Assembly (NCBI RefSeq): GCF_058153355.1
Contig: NZ_CM177019.1
DNA: 64,000 nt
Direction: 5' to 3' (one strand)
Position 1 is the stretch's first letter. Each line of letters begins with the position of its first letter. The position numbers were made by a program, and so were the translations under genes. The notes beneath the pieces were generated by a model that ran no database searches, was not told the origin of the DNA, and worked only from the letters and a program-made list of their open reading frames with translations. This document shows positions 21,340-33,266 of this stretch, piece by piece.

Positions 21340-22128
21340 ATGGGTTTTCTTTCCGGTAAGCGCATTCTGGTAACCGGTGTTGCCAGCAAACTGTCCATCG
21401 CCTACGGTATCGCTCAGGCGATGCACCGCGAAGGAGCTGAACTGGCATTCACCTACCAGAACGACAAACTGAAAGGCCGCGTAGAAGAATTTGCCGCTCA
21501 ATTGGGTTCTGACATCGTTCTGCAGTGCGATGTTGCAGAAGATGCCAGCATCGACACCATGTTCGCTGAACTGGGTAAAGTTTGGCCGAAATTTGACGGC
21601 TTTGTACATTCCATTGGTTTTGCACCGGGCGATCAGCTGGATGGTGACTATGTTAACGCCGTTACTCGTGAAGGCTTCAAAATTGCCCACGACATCAGCT
21701 CCTACAGCTTCGTTGCAATGGCAAAAGCTTGCCGCTCCATGCTGAATCCGGGCTCTGCCCTGCTGACCCTTTCCTACCTTGGCGCTGAGCGCGCTATCCC
21801 GAACTACAACGTTATGGGTCTGGCAAAAGCGTCTCTGGAAGCGAACGTGCGCTATATGGCGAACGCGATGGGTCCGGAAGGTGTGCGTGTTAACGCCATC
21901 TCTGCTGGTCCGATCCGTACTCTGGCGGCTTCCGGTATCAAAGACTTCCGCAAAATGCTGGCTCATTGCGAAGCCGTTACCCCGATTCGCCGTACCGTTA
22001 CTATTGAAGATGTGGGTAACTCTGCGGCATTCCTGTGCTCCGATCTCTCTGCCGGTATCTCCGGTGAAGTGGTCCACGTTGACGGCGGTTTCAGCATCGC
22101 TGCAATGAACGAACTCGAACTGAAATAA
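21340..22128 (+). CDS. fabI: enoyl-ACP reductase (NADH), SDR family
   Basis: 262 aa; [29 protein letters not shown]-terminus; ends AAMNELELK. Confidence 0.95.
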
Positions 22129-22180
22129 TTTGACGGCGGTTTCAGCATCGCTGCAATGAACGAACTCGAACTGAAATAAT
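22079..22180. repeat. perfect tandem direct repeat, 2 x 51 bp, duplicating the last 16 codons plus stop of fabI
   Basis: 22079..22129 and 22130..22180 are identical base for base. Confidence 0.9.
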
Positions 22181-22195
22181 CGTTCTGTTGGTCAA

Positions 22196-22222
22196 GATGG
22201 GCGGCGTTCTGCCGCCCATCAT
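22196..22222 (+). terminator. hairpin gatgggcggc-gttct-gccgcccatc downstream of fabI
   Basis: 10 bp perfect stem; trailing T-run is weak. Confidence 0.5.
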
Positions 22223-22322
22223 CTCTGTTATACCTTTCTGATATTTGTTATCGCCGATCCGTCTTTCTCCCCTTCCCGCCTTGCGTCAGGATAACGATTT
22301 CCTTTACGACCAAGGAGCGCCC

Positions 22323-23450
22323 ATGGAACAACGCCACATCACCGGCAAAAGCCACTGGTATCATGAAACACAATCCAGTACTGCGGAGAATGACGTTCTG
22401 CCTCTGGTCCCGGAAGCCGCAAAGGTTCGCGATCCCTTTCTGCTCGACGTGATCCTTGATGAAGAAACGCTGGCCCCCTTCCTTTCATGGATGGTCCCGG
22501 CGCGCATTCTTGCAGCGGAGTTGTTCCCTGACCAGCTTACTGTGACCCGTTCACAGACCTTCACCGCTTATGAACGCTTGTCGACGGCCCTGACGGTTGC
22601 TCAGGTTTGCGGCGTCCAGCGGTTATGTAACTACTATTCGGCGCGACTTACGCCGCTCCCCGGGCCTGATTCCTCCAGGGAAAGTAATCATCGGTTGGCA
22701 CAAATCACGCAATATGCCCGCCAACTGGCCAGCTCGCCTTCTATTATCGACAACCGATCGCGCCAACATCTGAATGACGTCGGTCTTACTGCCTGGGACT
22801 GTGTGATAATCAACCAAATAATTGGTTTTATTGGCTTTCAGGCGCGGACAATTGCCACATTTCAGGCTTATCTCGGGCATTCGGTACGCTGGTTACCCGG
22901 TCTGGAGATACAAAACTACGCCGACGCGTCACTGTTTGCTGATGAATCAATACGCTGGCGAAGCAGCTATGAGGTGGAAAAACTACCTGAAGAGCACACA
23001 AAAAGTTCTAATGCAGAACTTTGCCAACTGACCGAAACACTCTCTCTCCACCCTATTTCACTTTCCCTTCTCGAAAAGTTGTTAAACAGCACACGGGTCA
23101 ATACACAGCCGGATAATAAGCTTGCGGCGTTGTTATGCGCGCGTATTAATGGCAGTCCTGCTTGTTTTGCCGCCTGTATGAATTCATCAAATGAATATAA
23201 AAAAATCAGCCCCCTTCTGCGCAAGGGCGAAAATGAAATTAACCAATGGGCTGACCGTGATTCTGTTGAGCGCGCTACCGTTCAGGCGATACAATGGCTG
23301 ACCCGAGCACCCGATCGCTTTAGCGCCGCCCAGTTCAGCCCATTACTCGAACACGAAAAATCATCAACGCAGATTATTAATCTGCTGGTATGGAGCGGGC
23401 TGTGTGGCTGGATAAATCGCTTAAAAATCGCGTTGGGTGAGACATATTAA
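22323..23450 (+). CDS. yciW: conserved protein of unknown function (putative oxidoreductase)
   Basis: ORF 22245..23450; start at [12 protein letters not shown] gives 375 aa; synteny between fabI and rnb. Confidence 0.8.
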   Translation: MEQRHITGKSHWYHETQSSTAENDVLPLVPEAAKVRDPFLLDVILDEETLAPFLSWMVPARILAAELFPDQLTVTRSQTFTAYERLSTALTVAQVCGVQRLCNYYSARLTPLPGPDSSRESNHRLAQITQYARQLASSPSIIDNRSRQHLNDVGLTAWDCVIINQIIGFIGFQARTIATFQAYLGHSVRWLPGLEIQNYADASLFADESIRWRSSYEVEKLPEEHTKSSNAELCQLTETLSLHPISLSLLEKLLNSTRVNTQPDNKLAALLCARINGSPACFAACMNSSNEYKKISPLLRKGENEINQWADRDSVERATVQAIQWLTRAPDRFSAAQFSPLLEHEKSSTQIINLLVWSGLCGWINRLKIALGETY

Positions 23451-23517
23451 CCTTGCTGCGTCAGACAGATTCGCGTAAAACTGTCAGCCGCTCTAATGGC
23501 CACCAAAATAGACAATT

Positions 23518-25452
23518 ATGTTTCAGGACAACCCGCTGCTAGCGCAGCTTAAACAGCAACTGCATTCCCAGACGCCACGCGCTGAAGGGGTGGTAAAAGC
23601 CACAGAAAAAGGCTTTGGCTTCCTGGAAGTCGACGCGCAAAAAAGTTATTTCATTCCGCCGCCGCAGATGAAAAAAGTCATGCATGGCGACCGAATTATC
23701 GCAGTGATCCACAGTGAAAAAGATCGTGAATCCGCAGAGCCAGAAGAACTGGTTGAACCGTTTCTGACTCGTTTCGTGGGTAAAGTTCAGGGCAAAAATG
23801 ACCGTCTGGCCATCGTTCCTGATCATCCACTCTTAAAAGACGCCATTCCTTGCCGCGCAGCCCGTGGCCTGAACCACGAGTTTAAAGAAGGCGACTGGGC
23901 GGTTGCCGAAATGCGCCGTCATCCGCTGAAAGGCGATCGTTCTTTCTATGCTGAACTAACACAATACATCACTTTTGGTGACGACCACTTTGTACCGTGG
24001 TGGGTTACCCTGGCGCGCCATAACCTGGAAAAAGAAGCACCAGACGGCGTCGCTACCGAAATGCTCGATGAAGGTCTGGTTCGTGAAGATCTGACAGCGC
24101 TGGATTTTGTCACCATCGACAGTGCCAGCACAGAAGATATGGATGACGCCCTTTTCGCTAAGGCGTTGCCGGATGACAAACTTCAGCTGATTGTGGCGAT
24201 TGCCGATCCAACCGCGTGGATTGCTGAAGGCAGCAAGCTGGACAAAGCCGCGAAAATTCGCGCATTCACCAACTATCTGCCTGGCTTCAACATCCCTATG
24301 CTGCCTCGCGAGCTTTCTGACGATCTCTGCTCACTGCGCGCCAATGAAGTCCGCCCGGTACTGGCATGCCGCATGACGCTCTCCGCTGATGGCACCATTG
24401 AAGATAATATCGAATTCTTTGCCGCCACCATCGAATCCAAAGCGAAGCTGGTGTATGACCAGGTCTCTGACTGGCTGGAAAATACCGGTGACTGGCAGCC
24501 TGAAAGTGAAGCAATTGCCGAACAAGTCCGTTTGTTAGCGCAAATTTGCCAACGCCGTGGCGAGTGGCGTAATAACCACGCACTGGTATTTAAAGATCGC
24601 CCGGATTACCGCTTTATTCTCGGTGAAAAAGGTGAAGTGCTGGATATCGTCGCCGAGCCTCGTCGCATTGCCAATCGTATCGTCGAAGAAGCGATGATTG
24701 CCGCGAACATTTGTGCGGCCCGCGTACTGCGCGATAAGCTCGGTTTTGGCATCTATAACGTGCATATGGGCTTTGATCCGGCGAATGCCGACGCGCTGGC
24801 GGCGTTGCTGAAAACCCACGGTCTGCATGTCGATGCCGAAGAAGTGCTCACGCTTGACGGTTTCTGCAAACTGCGTCGTGAACTGGATGCGCAACCAACT
24901 GGTTTCCTCGACAGCCGCATTCGTCGCTTCCAGTCATTTGCTGAAATTAGCACTGAACCCGGTCCTCACTTTGGCCTCGGTCTGGAAGCATACGCCACCT
25001 GGACTTCGCCAATCCGTAAATATGGCGACATGATCAACCACCGTCTGCTGAAAGCGGTTATCAAAGGCGAAACTGCGACGCGTCCGCAGGATGAAATCAC
25101 TGTCCAAATGGCCGAGCGTCGCCGTCTCAACCGAATGGCAGAACGTGATGTTGGCGACTGGTTATACGCACGCTTCCTGAAAGACAAAGCCGGGACCGAC
25201 ACCCGTTTCGCGGCGGAAATTGTCGATATCAGCCGTGGCGGCATGCGTGTGCGTTTGGTTGATAACGGCGCTATCGCCTTTATTCCAGCACCTTTCTTAC
25301 ACGCTGTGCGCGATGAACTGGTTTGCAGCCAGGAAAACGGCACTGTACAAATTAAAGGTGAAACGGCTTACAAAGTGACCGACGTTATTGACGTCACCAT
25401 TGCCGAAGTCCGCATGGAAACCCGCAGCATTATTGCACGCCCGGTCGCGTAA
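23518..25452 (+). CDS. rnb: exoribonuclease II (RNase II), RNB family
   Basis: 644 aa; [16 protein letters not shown]-terminus; synteny. Confidence 0.93.
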   Translation: MFQDNPLLAQLKQQLHSQTPRAEGVVKATEKGFGFLEVDAQKSYFIPPPQMKKVMHGDRIIAVIHSEKDRESAEPEELVEPFLTRFVGKVQGKNDRLAIVPDHPLLKDAIPCRAARGLNHEFKEGDWAVAEMRRHPLKGDRSFYAELTQYITFGDDHFVPWWVTLARHNLEKEAPDGVATEMLDEGLVREDLTALDFVTIDSASTEDMDDALFAKALPDDKLQLIVAIADPTAWIAEGSKLDKAAKIRAFTNYLPGFNIPMLPRELSDDLCSLRANEVRPVLACRMTLSADGTIEDNIEFFAATIESKAKLVYDQVSDWLENTGDWQPESEAIAEQVRLLAQICQRRGEWRNNHALVFKDRPDYRFILGEKGEVLDIVAEPRRIANRIVEEAMIAANICAARVLRDKLGFGIYNVHMGFDPANADALAALLKTHGLHVDAEEVLTLDGFCKLRRELDAQPTGFLDSRIRRFQSFAEISTEPGPHFGLGLEAYATWTSPIRKYGDMINHRLLKAVIKGETATRPQDEITVQMAERRRLNRMAERDVGDWLYARFLKDKAGTDTRFAAEIVDISRGGMRVRLVDNGAIAFIPAPFLHAVRDELVCSQENGTVQIKGETAYKVTDVIDVTIAEVRMETRSIIARPVA

Positions 25453-25462
25453 TCTCCTTTCA

Positions 25463-25493
25463 CGGCCCATTCCTCATGAATGGGCCGTTTATT
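25463..25493 (+). terminator. intrinsic terminator after rnb
   Basis: cggcccatt-loop-aatgggccg followed by tttattt. Confidence 0.7.
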
Positions 25494-25686
25494 TCCCCGC
25501 TCCACCTTCGCCATATCCCGGCAGATTTTTAACTGACTTTCGTTTGAAAACTGGCGTTTTTCCAAAACTGGATTACAAATAAATAGATAAAAAAAACAAT
25601 GCGTTTAGCCGCCGTTAATTTCATGTAAGTCATGTTGTTCCTTTTATTTAACCGCGGACTCCGCTGTTAACCGGAGGATATGCATC

Positions 25687-27672
25687 ATGAAAACCGTTAG
25701 GGAGTCCACAACGTTGTACAACTTTCTCGGATCGCACAATCCATACTGGCGGTTGACGGAAAGCAGCGATGTTTTGCGCTTTTCTACCACCGAAACCACA
25801 GAACCTGAACGTACGTTGCAGTTATCTGCCGAACAGGCTGCTCGCATCAGGGAAATGACGGTCATCACTTCCAGCCTGATGATGAGTCTGACCGTCGATG
25901 AAAGCGATCTTTCTGTGCATCTGGTAGGACGAAAAATCAATAAACGGGAATGGGCTGGCAACGCGTCGGCATGGCATGACACACCGGCGGTTGCTCGTGA
26001 TTTATCACACGGGCTTTCCTTTGCTGAGCAGGTAGTTTCTGAAGCACATTCCGCAATAGTGATTCTCGACAGTCGGGGGAATATCCAACGCTTCAATCGG
26101 TTATGTGAAGATTACACAGGGTTGAAAGAACACGACGTCATTGGGCAAAGCGTGTTTAAACTGTTTATGAGCCGTCGTGAAGCTGCGGCATCCAGGCGCA
26201 ATAACCGTGTATTTTTTCGAAGCGGCAATGCATATGAAGTCGAACTGTGGATACCAACACGTAAAGGCCAGCGGCTGTTTCTGTTTCGCAATAAATTTGT
26301 CCACAGCGGCAGTGGCAAGAACGAGATTTTTTTAATCTGTTCCGGCACCGACATTACCGAAGAGCGCCGCGCTCAGGAGCGACTGCGTATTCTGGCAAAT
26401 ACCGACAGTATCACCGGACTGCCGAATCGTAACGCAATGCAGGAGTTAATCGATCACGCCATTAATCAGGCAGATAACAATAAAGTTGGGGTTGTGTATC
26501 TTGATTTGGATAATTTTAAAAAGGTCAACGACGCTTATGGGCATTTGTTTGGTGACCAGCTATTACGCGAAGTGTCATTGGCCATTTTAAGCTGTCTCGA
26601 ACATGATCAGGTGTTGGCGCGTCCAGGTGGCGATGAGTTTCTGGTACTGGCATCCAATACCTCACAAAGCGCGCTGGAAGCAATGGCATCACGAATTTTG
26701 ACCCGCTTACGACTCCCCTTCCGCATTGGTTTAATTGAAGTTTATACCAGCTGTTCAGTGGGTATTTCACTCTCTCCCGAACATGGTTCGGACAGCGCGG
26801 CTATTATTCGTCACGCCGACACAGCAATGTACACAGCGAAGGAAGGCGGACGAGGACAATTTTGCGTTTTTACCCCAGAAATGAATCAGCGGGTATTTGA
26901 ATATCTCTGGCTGGATACCAACTTGCGTAAAGCACTGGAAAACGATCAGTTGGTTATTCACTATCAACCGAAAATCACCTGGCGTGGCGAAGTACGCAGT
27001 CTGGAAGCTTTAGTACGTTGGCAGTCACCTGAACGTGGGTTGATTCCACCGTTGGACTTTATTTCCTACGCCGAAGAGTCAGGGCTAATTGTGCCTTTAG
27101 GCCGTTGGGTGATTCTCGATGTCGTACGCCAGGTGGCGAAGTGGCGGGATAAAGGCATTAACCTGCGAGTGGCGGTAAACATTTCTGCACGTCAGCTCGC
27201 CGATCAAACCATTTTCACCGCCCTGAAACAGGTTCTCCAGGAACTCAATTTTGAATACTGCCCTATTGATGTTGAACTGACGGAGAGCTGCCTGATTGAG
27301 AATGATGAACTGGCACTGTCTGTTATTCAACAATTTAGCCAACTAGGTGCGCAAGTGCATCTGGACGATTTTGGTACCGGCTACTCTTCACTTTCGCAAC
27401 TGGCGCGCTTTCCGATCGATGCGATTAAACTTGACCAAGTTTTTGTTCGAGATATTCACAAACAACCTGTATCGCAGTCGCTGGTCCGGGCGATCGTCGC
27501 TGTGGCCCAGGCATTGAATCTTCAGGTGATCGCTGAAGGAGTGGAGAGTAAAAAGGAAGATGCTTTTTTAACCAAGAACGGGATCAATGAGCGGCAAGGA
27601 TTTTTGTTTGCCAAACCGATGCCCGCCGTCGCCTTCGAACGTTGGTATAAACGCTATCTGAAGCGCGCATAA
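25687..27672 (+). CDS. pdeR: cyclic-di-GMP phosphodiesterase with PAS, GGDEF and EAL domains
   Basis: 661 aa; GGDEF-type (RPGGDEF) and EAL (EALVRW) motifs present. Confidence 0.9.
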   Translation: MKTVRESTTLYNFLGSHNPYWRLTESSDVLRFSTTETTEPERTLQLSAEQAARIREMTVITSSLMMSLTVDESDLSVHLVGRKINKREWAGNASAWHDTPAVARDLSHGLSFAEQVVSEAHSAIVILDSRGNIQRFNRLCEDYTGLKEHDVIGQSVFKLFMSRREAAASRRNNRVFFRSGNAYEVELWIPTRKGQRLFLFRNKFVHSGSGKNEIFLICSGTDITEERRAQERLRILANTDSITGLPNRNAMQELIDHAINQADNNKVGVVYLDLDNFKKVNDAYGHLFGDQLLREVSLAILSCLEHDQVLARPGGDEFLVLASNTSQSALEAMASRILTRLRLPFRIGLIEVYTSCSVGISLSPEHGSDSAAIIRHADTAMYTAKEGGRGQFCVFTPEMNQRVFEYLWLDTNLRKALENDQLVIHYQPKITWRGEVRSLEALVRWQSPERGLIPPLDFISYAEESGLIVPLGRWVILDVVRQVAKWRDKGINLRVAVNISARQLADQTIFTALKQVLQELNFEYCPIDVELTESCLIENDELALSVIQQFSQLGAQVHLDDFGTGYSSLSQLARFPIDAIKLDQVFVRDIHKQPVSQSLVRAIVAVAQALNLQVIAEGVESKKEDAFLTKNGINERQGFLFAKPMPAVAFERWYKRYLKRA

Positions 27673-27819
27673 GTAGATGAATATATATACTTAGCGATAT
27701 ATTCTGTAATTATATATCGTATTCCCGGATGATAATTAACCGTTGCTGTTAAACACTTCTCTTTTAGCGGCAATTTTTGCATTATTCATTTTCTCCCTTT
27801 TGCTATAAGGATGTCCTTG

Positions 27820-27993
27820 ATGTCTGAATTTGATGCCCAGCGCGTTGCCGAACGTATTGATATTGTGTTAGATATCCTTGTGGCAGGCGATTACCACTCT
27901 GCGATCCATAATCTCGAGATACTTAAAGCAGAACTCTTGCGCCAGGTTGCTGAATCTACGCCAGACATCCCGAAGGCACCGTGGGAGATTTAA
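27820..27993 (+). CDS. yciZ: small UPF0509-family protein
   Basis: ORF 27811..27993; start at second ATG ([18 protein letters not shown]), 57 aa. Confidence 0.75.
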
Positions 27994-28082
27994 CAATCGT
28001 GCCTTCAGGTTTTCCTATTTGAGGATGCCCGGCGCGTCAGTATTTTTTTATTAAGTATTATAACGTTATAAGAATTACAGCG

Positions 28083-28832
28083 ATGAATTCCCGACAACAA
28101 ACTATTCTACAGATGGTCATTGACCAGGGTCAGGTTAGCGTAACCGATCTGGCAAAAGCCACTGGAGTTTCTGAAGTTACCATTCGCCAGGATCTCAACA
28201 CCCTCGAAAAACTGAGTTACCTCCGCCGTGCACATGGCTTTGCAGTTTCGCTTGATAGTGATGACGTCGAAACCCGTATGATGAGCAACTATACACTGAA
28301 GCGTGAACTCGCCGAGTTTGCCGCGTCACTGGTTCAACCGGGCGAAACTATCTTTATCGAAAATGGCAGCAGCAATGCCCTGCTCGCCCGGACTCTGGGC
28401 GAGCAGAAGAAAAATGTCACTATCATCACGGTCAGCAGCTATATTGCACATTTGCTGAAAGACGCGCCTTGTGAAGTCATTTTACTCGGTGGCGTGTACC
28501 AGAAAAAAAGCGAAAGTATGGTTGGCCCTTTGACACGTCATTGCATCCAACAGGTGCATTTCAGCAAGGCATTTATTGGTATTGATGGCTGGCAGCCTGA
28601 AACTGGGTTTACCGGTCGCGATATGATGCGTACCGATGTGGTCAATGCCGTGCTGGAAAAAGAGTGCGAAGCGATAGTCCTGACTGACAGTTCGAAATTT
28701 GGTGCTGTACATTCATACTCCATCGGCCCCGTTGAGCGATTCAATCGCGTGATTACCGATTCGAAAATACGCGCCAGCGATCTGATGCATCTTGAGCACA
28801 GTAAACTCACCGTTCACGTCGTTGACATTTAA
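28083..28832 (+). CDS. yciT: DeoR-family transcriptional regulator
   Basis: 249 aa; N-terminal HTH ([22 protein letters not shown]) plus sugar-phosphate-binding C-terminus. Confidence 0.88.
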   Translation: MNSRQQTILQMVIDQGQVSVTDLAKATGVSEVTIRQDLNTLEKLSYLRRAHGFAVSLDSDDVETRMMSNYTLKRELAEFAASLVQPGETIFIENGSSNALLARTLGEQKKNVTIITVSSYIAHLLKDAPCEVILLGGVYQKKSESMVGPLTRHCIQQVHFSKAFIGIDGWQPETGFTGRDMMRTDVVNAVLEKECEAIVLTDSSKFGAVHSYSIGPVERFNRVITDSKIRASDLMHLEHSKLTVHVVDI

Positions 28833-29100
28833 CCATTTCCCTTCTCTACGGATGATTTGCTGTTTTGCAAATCATCCGCTCTAAGATGATTCCTGGTTGA
28901 TAATTAAGACTATTTACCTGTTATTAACACTCTCAAGATATAAAATTATTATCAGCGATATAACAGGAAGTCATTATCACCTGCGTGATATAACCCTGCG
29001 CGCGAGCGGATTTCACGGAATAATTTCACCAGGCTTATTCTTAGCTATTATAGTTATAGAGAGCTTACTTCCGTGAATCATAAATTCAGGAGAGAGTATT

Positions 29101-29319
29101 ATGTTTGTAACGAGCAAAAAAATGACCGCGGCTGTTCTGGCAATTACCCTAGCAATGTCTCTGAGTGCCTGTTCTAACTGGTCTAAACGAGACCGTAACA
29201 CCGCAATTGGCGCGGGCGCAGGTGCATTAGGGGGTGCAGTACTGACCGATGGCAGTACGCTGGGTACATTAGGTGGTGCAGCCGTCGGTGGTGTTATTGG
29301 TCACCAGGTCGGTAAATAA
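29101..29319 (+). CDS. osmB: osmotically inducible lipoprotein B
   Basis: 72 aa; lipobox LSAC; Gly-rich C-terminus. Confidence 0.9.
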   Translation: MFVTSKKMTAAVLAITLAMSLSACSNWSKRDRNTAIGAGAGALGGAVLTDGSTLGTLGGAAVGGVIGHQVGK

Positions 29320-29416
29320 TCGTAAATAAATGTCGATTATCGACTCGCAATTATAATACGCTTGATTCTGTTCAGTACGAAATAACTGAATAATACACAC
29401 AGTAAAATATTCTGAA

Positions 29417-29441
29417 GCCACGGATATATCCGTGGCTTTTT
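29417..29441. terminator. bidirectional terminator between osmB and yciH
   Basis: gccacggatatatccgtggc followed by ttttt. Confidence 0.75.
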
Positions 29442-29444
29442 ATG

Positions 29445-29774
29445 TTAACCGCCGGCGAGTTTTACCTTCATCCCTTTCGCTTCAAGCAGTGATTTTAATA
29501 AATCGCGCTTATCCCCCTGGATTTCAATAATTCCATCTTTAACTGCCCCGCCGCAGCCGCATTTTTTCTTCAGTTCCGCTGCCAGTTTTGTCAGTTCGGC
29601 ATCATCGAGATCGACACCGGTAATCAAGCAAACGCCCTTACCTTTACGTCCACTGGTCTGACGCTGAATACGCACCACACCGTCGCCTTTAGGGCGTACA
29701 GGGGCCGCTTTTGGCTCATCAATACGTCCGGTTTCCGTTGAGTAGACCAGACGGCTGTTGGAATCACTCATCAT
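29445..29774 (-). CDS. yciH: SUI1/eIF1-like translation factor homologue
   Basis: 109 aa; overlaps the pyrF stop; synteny. Confidence 0.85.
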   Translation of the reverse strand: MMSDSNSRLVYSTETGRIDEPKAAPVRPKGDGVVRIQRQTSGRKGKGVCLITGVDLDDAELTKLAAELKKKCGCGGAVKDGIIEIQGDKRDLLKSLLEAKGMKVKLAGG

Positions 29775-30508
29775 GCACTCCGCTGTAAAGAGGCGTTGAT
29801 CGCTTTCAGCGTTTGCGCTGGATCTACCGATTGCGTTACCGGGCGACCAATCACCATATAATCAACACCAGCCGCCAACGCCTGTTCTGGCGTCATAATG
29901 CGGCGCTGGTCACCAGCTTCACTCCCCTGCGGACGAATGCCCGGCGTAACCAGTTTGAACTCCTGACCGAATACCTGTTTAAAGCGCACAGCTTCCTGAG
30001 CAGAACACACCACACCATCAAGGCCACATTTTTGCGTCAGTGCCGCCAGACGTTCTGCATAATCTGCAGGTGACAGCGTCACGCCAAGATCGGCCAGGTC
30101 GCTGGCTTCCATGCTGGTCAACACCGTCACAGCAATCAAAAGCGGTGCATCTTTGCCAAACGGGACGAGTGCCTCACGCGCTGCGGTCATCATACGCGCC
30201 CCACCGGAGGCGTGAACATTCACCATCCACACGCCTAAGTCAGCTGCAGCAGCGACAGCGTGCGCTGCAGTGTTGGGAATATCGTGAAATTTCAGGTCGA
30301 GGAAGATATCAAAACCACGCTGTTGAAGTTCGCGTACAAATTGAGGTCCAAACAGCGTAAACATCTCTTTGCCGACTTTCAGACGACAATCGCGTGGGTC
30401 GATCTTGTCGACAAAGGCCAGCGCGGCATCACGATTATGATAATCAAGGGCAACAACCACAGGAGAATTCGTAACAGCGCGGGAAGAAGATGAAGCAGTT
30501 AACGTCAT
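29771..30508 (-). CDS. pyrF: orotidine-5'-phosphate decarboxylase
   Basis: ORF 29771..30568; start at [23 protein letters not shown] gives 245 aa. Confidence 0.92.
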   Translation of the reverse strand: MTLTASSSSRAVTNSPVVVALDYHNRDAALAFVDKIDPRDCRLKVGKEMFTLFGPQFVRELQQRGFDIFLDLKFHDIPNTAAHAVAAAADLGVWMVNVHASGGARMMTAAREALVPFGKDAPLLIAVTVLTSMEASDLADLGVTLSPADYAERLAALTQKCGLDGVVCSAQEAVRFKQVFGQEFKLVTPGIRPQGSEAGDQRRIMTPEQALAAGVDYMVIGRPVTQSVDPAQTLKAINASLQRSA

Positions 30509-30699
30509 GACCAGACCTTCTTGATGATGGGCACCGGAAGTGGCGCGAAACAGGTAAACGGCGAGCATTCTACCCGTGGAAATAAAAAATTAACAGTTGC
30601 GATTTCCCCCCTGGCAGGCTTTTCTGCGCCCGAGTTACCGAAGCACAATGGAACATCAATAATTAGTATGTTGTAACTAAAGTCGGATTTTTTTAAAAA

Positions 30700-31869
30700 T
30701 TACAGGCCATCAAGACCGCGAATCGGTTTAATGGTTGACCAGGCCCGACAAGATGGACAATGCCAGTAGAGGGTGTATGCGGTAAAACCACATTTCTGGC
30801 AGCGATAACGAGGCTTACTACGCACCTTCTCGCCAACCATGTCACGCAGCACCATCAGACTCTCTTTGGCACGCCCTTCTTCCGCTTCATTTAAGTGGTA
30901 ATCCATTAGCTTATGGAACACACGCATGGTCGGATGACGCTGAAGCTGACGGGTAATATAGACCTGTGCGGCCTCACTACCGTCGCGCGCTTCGATGATG
31001 TCCGCAAGCATTAGTTCAGCATCGGCACCGGTGTTCTCTTCCACCGCGCGCTGCAGGAACTCTGCCCATTCGGCAGTTTTACCCAACTGCTGGTAGCAGG
31101 TTTGCAGCATTTCCAGCGTTTCGCTGACCAGTTCTCTGTCCTGGGATATCACGCGTTGCAAACTTTCGACGGCTTTGGCGTATTCTCCTTTCGCCATAAA
31201 TACGCGTCCCATCATGATGGATATGCGGGCGCTGTTTTTATCTGCCGCCGCACCTTTTTTTAACAAGGCCATGGCACGATCGAGATCGTCGCTGGCCATA
31301 TGCTGTAGGGCTAACTCGCAGTAGAAATGAGCAATTTCGACGCGCTGCTTATCTTTACCCAGCTTCACCAGGCGTTCGGCAACATCAATTGCTTTCTGCC
31401 ACTCGCTGGTAGCCTGGTAGATTTGTAGCAACTGTTGCAGCGCGCCAATGCGGAAGTCAGTTTCATCGGTCAGTTGATTGAACATGTCTTCCGCGCGGTC
31501 GTATAACCCGGCGGCCATGTAATCACGCCCTAGTTGTTGAATCGCCAACAGACGCTGTTCATAGGTCAGCGAGGCGCTTTCCATTAGGGTCTGATGGATG
31601 CGAATAGCGCGATCAACTTCGCCACGCGAACGGAACAGGTTTCCGAGCGTAAGGTGGGCTTCAACGGTACCCGTATCCTCTTTAAGCATATCGAGAAACA
31701 GGTCTACCGCTTTATCCTGTTGATTACTAAGCAGAAAGTTAACCCCCGCTACGTAATCACGCGACAAGCGGTTGGCTTCATCTTGCTTGTTTTGTTGCGC
31801 ACTTCTGCGGCCCATATACCAGCCATAGGCAGCGGCTACAGGCAAAAGCAGAAACAACAACTCCAGCAT
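30700..31869 (-). CDS. lapB: LPS assembly protein B (TPR repeats plus C-terminal rubredoxin-like Cys cluster)
   Basis: 389 aa; C-terminal CQKCGF...CPSC motif; synteny with lapA. Confidence 0.92.
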   Translation of the reverse strand: MLELLFLLLPVAAAYGWYMGRRSAQQNKQDEANRLSRDYVAGVNFLLSNQQDKAVDLFLDMLKEDTGTVEAHLTLGNLFRSRGEVDRAIRIHQTLMESASLTYEQRLLAIQQLGRDYMAAGLYDRAEDMFNQLTDETDFRIGALQQLLQIYQATSEWQKAIDVAERLVKLGKDKQRVEIAHFYCELALQHMASDDLDRAMALLKKGAAADKNSARISIMMGRVFMAKGEYAKAVESLQRVISQDRELVSETLEMLQTCYQQLGKTAEWAEFLQRAVEENTGADAELMLADIIEARDGSEAAQVYITRQLQRHPTMRVFHKLMDYHLNEAEEGRAKESLMVLRDMVGEKVRSKPRYRCQKCGFTAYTLYWHCPSCRAWSTIKPIRGLDGL

Positions 31870-31875
31870 AGAAAG

Positions 31876-32184
31876 TTATTCCTTCGCCGCTGACGAATGC
31901 GGCGCTACAGCCACGTCAGTCGCGGGTGAAAGCTGGTTTTCCAGTCGCTTTATTTTACGTTCAGCGCGCGCCAGGGAAACACGAACTCGCAGCCAGAACA
32001 GGCCGCAAATCAGCCAACCGATAGCAAACCCCGCAGCAAACAATACCGCCAGCAATGTGGAAATACGGTACTCCCCTTGCGCTAACAGATAATTAAACGT
32101 CACCTGTTGATCGTTCTGCGCACCCAACGTGACCGAAATCACGAAGATCGCTAACACCAGTAAGAAAATGAGTAAATATTTCAC
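31876..32184 (-). CDS. lapA: LPS assembly protein A (small inner-membrane protein)
   Basis: 102 aa, two TM segments; immediately upstream of lapB. Confidence 0.88.
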   Translation of the reverse strand: MKYLLIFLLVLAIFVISVTLGAQNDQQVTFNYLLAQGEYRISTLLAVLFAAGFAIGWLICGLFWLRVRVSLARAERKIKRLENQLSPATDVAVAPHSSAAKE

Positions 32185-32332
32185 ATTACTTCCCGTTATG
32201 TGGTTAGAGCGAATAAATTATGGTCAACTTACCGCAATAGCCCTTTAAAGTACCATTTTCGCGCCGTCTGCGAAATGGCATCCACGCGCATTGTTGATGA
32301 TTTAAGGGCTAAATTCGGAAAATCAACCAGCG

Positions 32333-33097
32333 TTAACTTTCTTGTTCTCGTTGCGCAATTTCGCGATTTTCTTCCGCAGGTGGTGTTAATGGCCCACAAA
32401 TTCGTTGTGCAAGCCACGTTGCTACCGCCACCAGCGCCCACGAAATCAACGTAGCAACCACCAGATCGCGCGGCCAATGCATCCCGAGTAGCAGGCGGCT
32501 TCCCATGACTCCTGTTGCCCAGACCAGCAAGATAGCAATGGTTAACGTTCGCCGACGCGGCCACAGCAACCCAACGGCCAACAGCGCCCAACTGGCAGCA
32601 AACATCGTGTGACCGGACGGAAAGGCAAACCCCGTCTCTTTCTGCCAGTGTGAACGCAAATATTGCGGGATATTTTTCTCTTCAGCCAACTGTTCTTTCA
32701 CTATATTTCCGCGTTCTGCTCGCTTTAAAGTGTAGAACTCATCAACCGGAATATGATGTGTTTTTTCCAGCCAGATAACAAAAGGTCGTGGTTCCTGAAC
32801 TTTGTCTTTGATCCAGGATTTAACACCTTGTCCCACAAGGATCGCCGCCGCCAGAATGGCAAATAACATAATGGCGGCCTTAATGCGAAAACGCAGACAC
32901 CAGAGAAACCAGCCGAATAAAATCAGATGCGTGATGATACCCCAGGGTTGGGTAACGGTTTCAGTAACCCAAAAAGCCGCTTTTAACAGCCAACTTTGTT
33001 CTCCTGGTTGCCAACGCCAGCCAGAAATCCATACAGCTACTGGCATAACAAGCAATAGTGCAGCTCCCACTGCGGTACGTCTGGCAATCGAACGCAT
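32333..33097 (-). CDS. pgpB: phosphatidylglycerophosphatase B (PAP2 family)
   Basis: 254 aa membrane protein; synteny. Confidence 0.88.
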   Translation of the reverse strand: MRSIARRTAVGAALLLVMPVAVWISGWRWQPGEQSWLLKAAFWVTETVTQPWGIITHLILFGWFLWCLRFRIKAAIMLFAILAAAILVGQGVKSWIKDKVQEPRPFVIWLEKTHHIPVDEFYTLKRAERGNIVKEQLAEEKNIPQYLRSHWQKETGFAFPSGHTMFAASWALLAVGLLWPRRRTLTIAILLVWATGVMGSRLLLGMHWPRDLVVATLISWALVAVATWLAQRICGPLTPPAEENREIAQREQES

Positions 33098-33266
33098 GGC
33101 ATCTCCTTTTTGATAAGTCCCACAATCATAACTGAAAATGCCAGTTCCAGGAAAAATTGACAGATTTGTGCCATTCCGTGAACGATCGACGCGTCGTGAT
33201 TAGGTGAACCCCTTCTCGTTATGGCAAAATAAGCCAATACAGAACCAGCATTATCTGGAGAATTTC

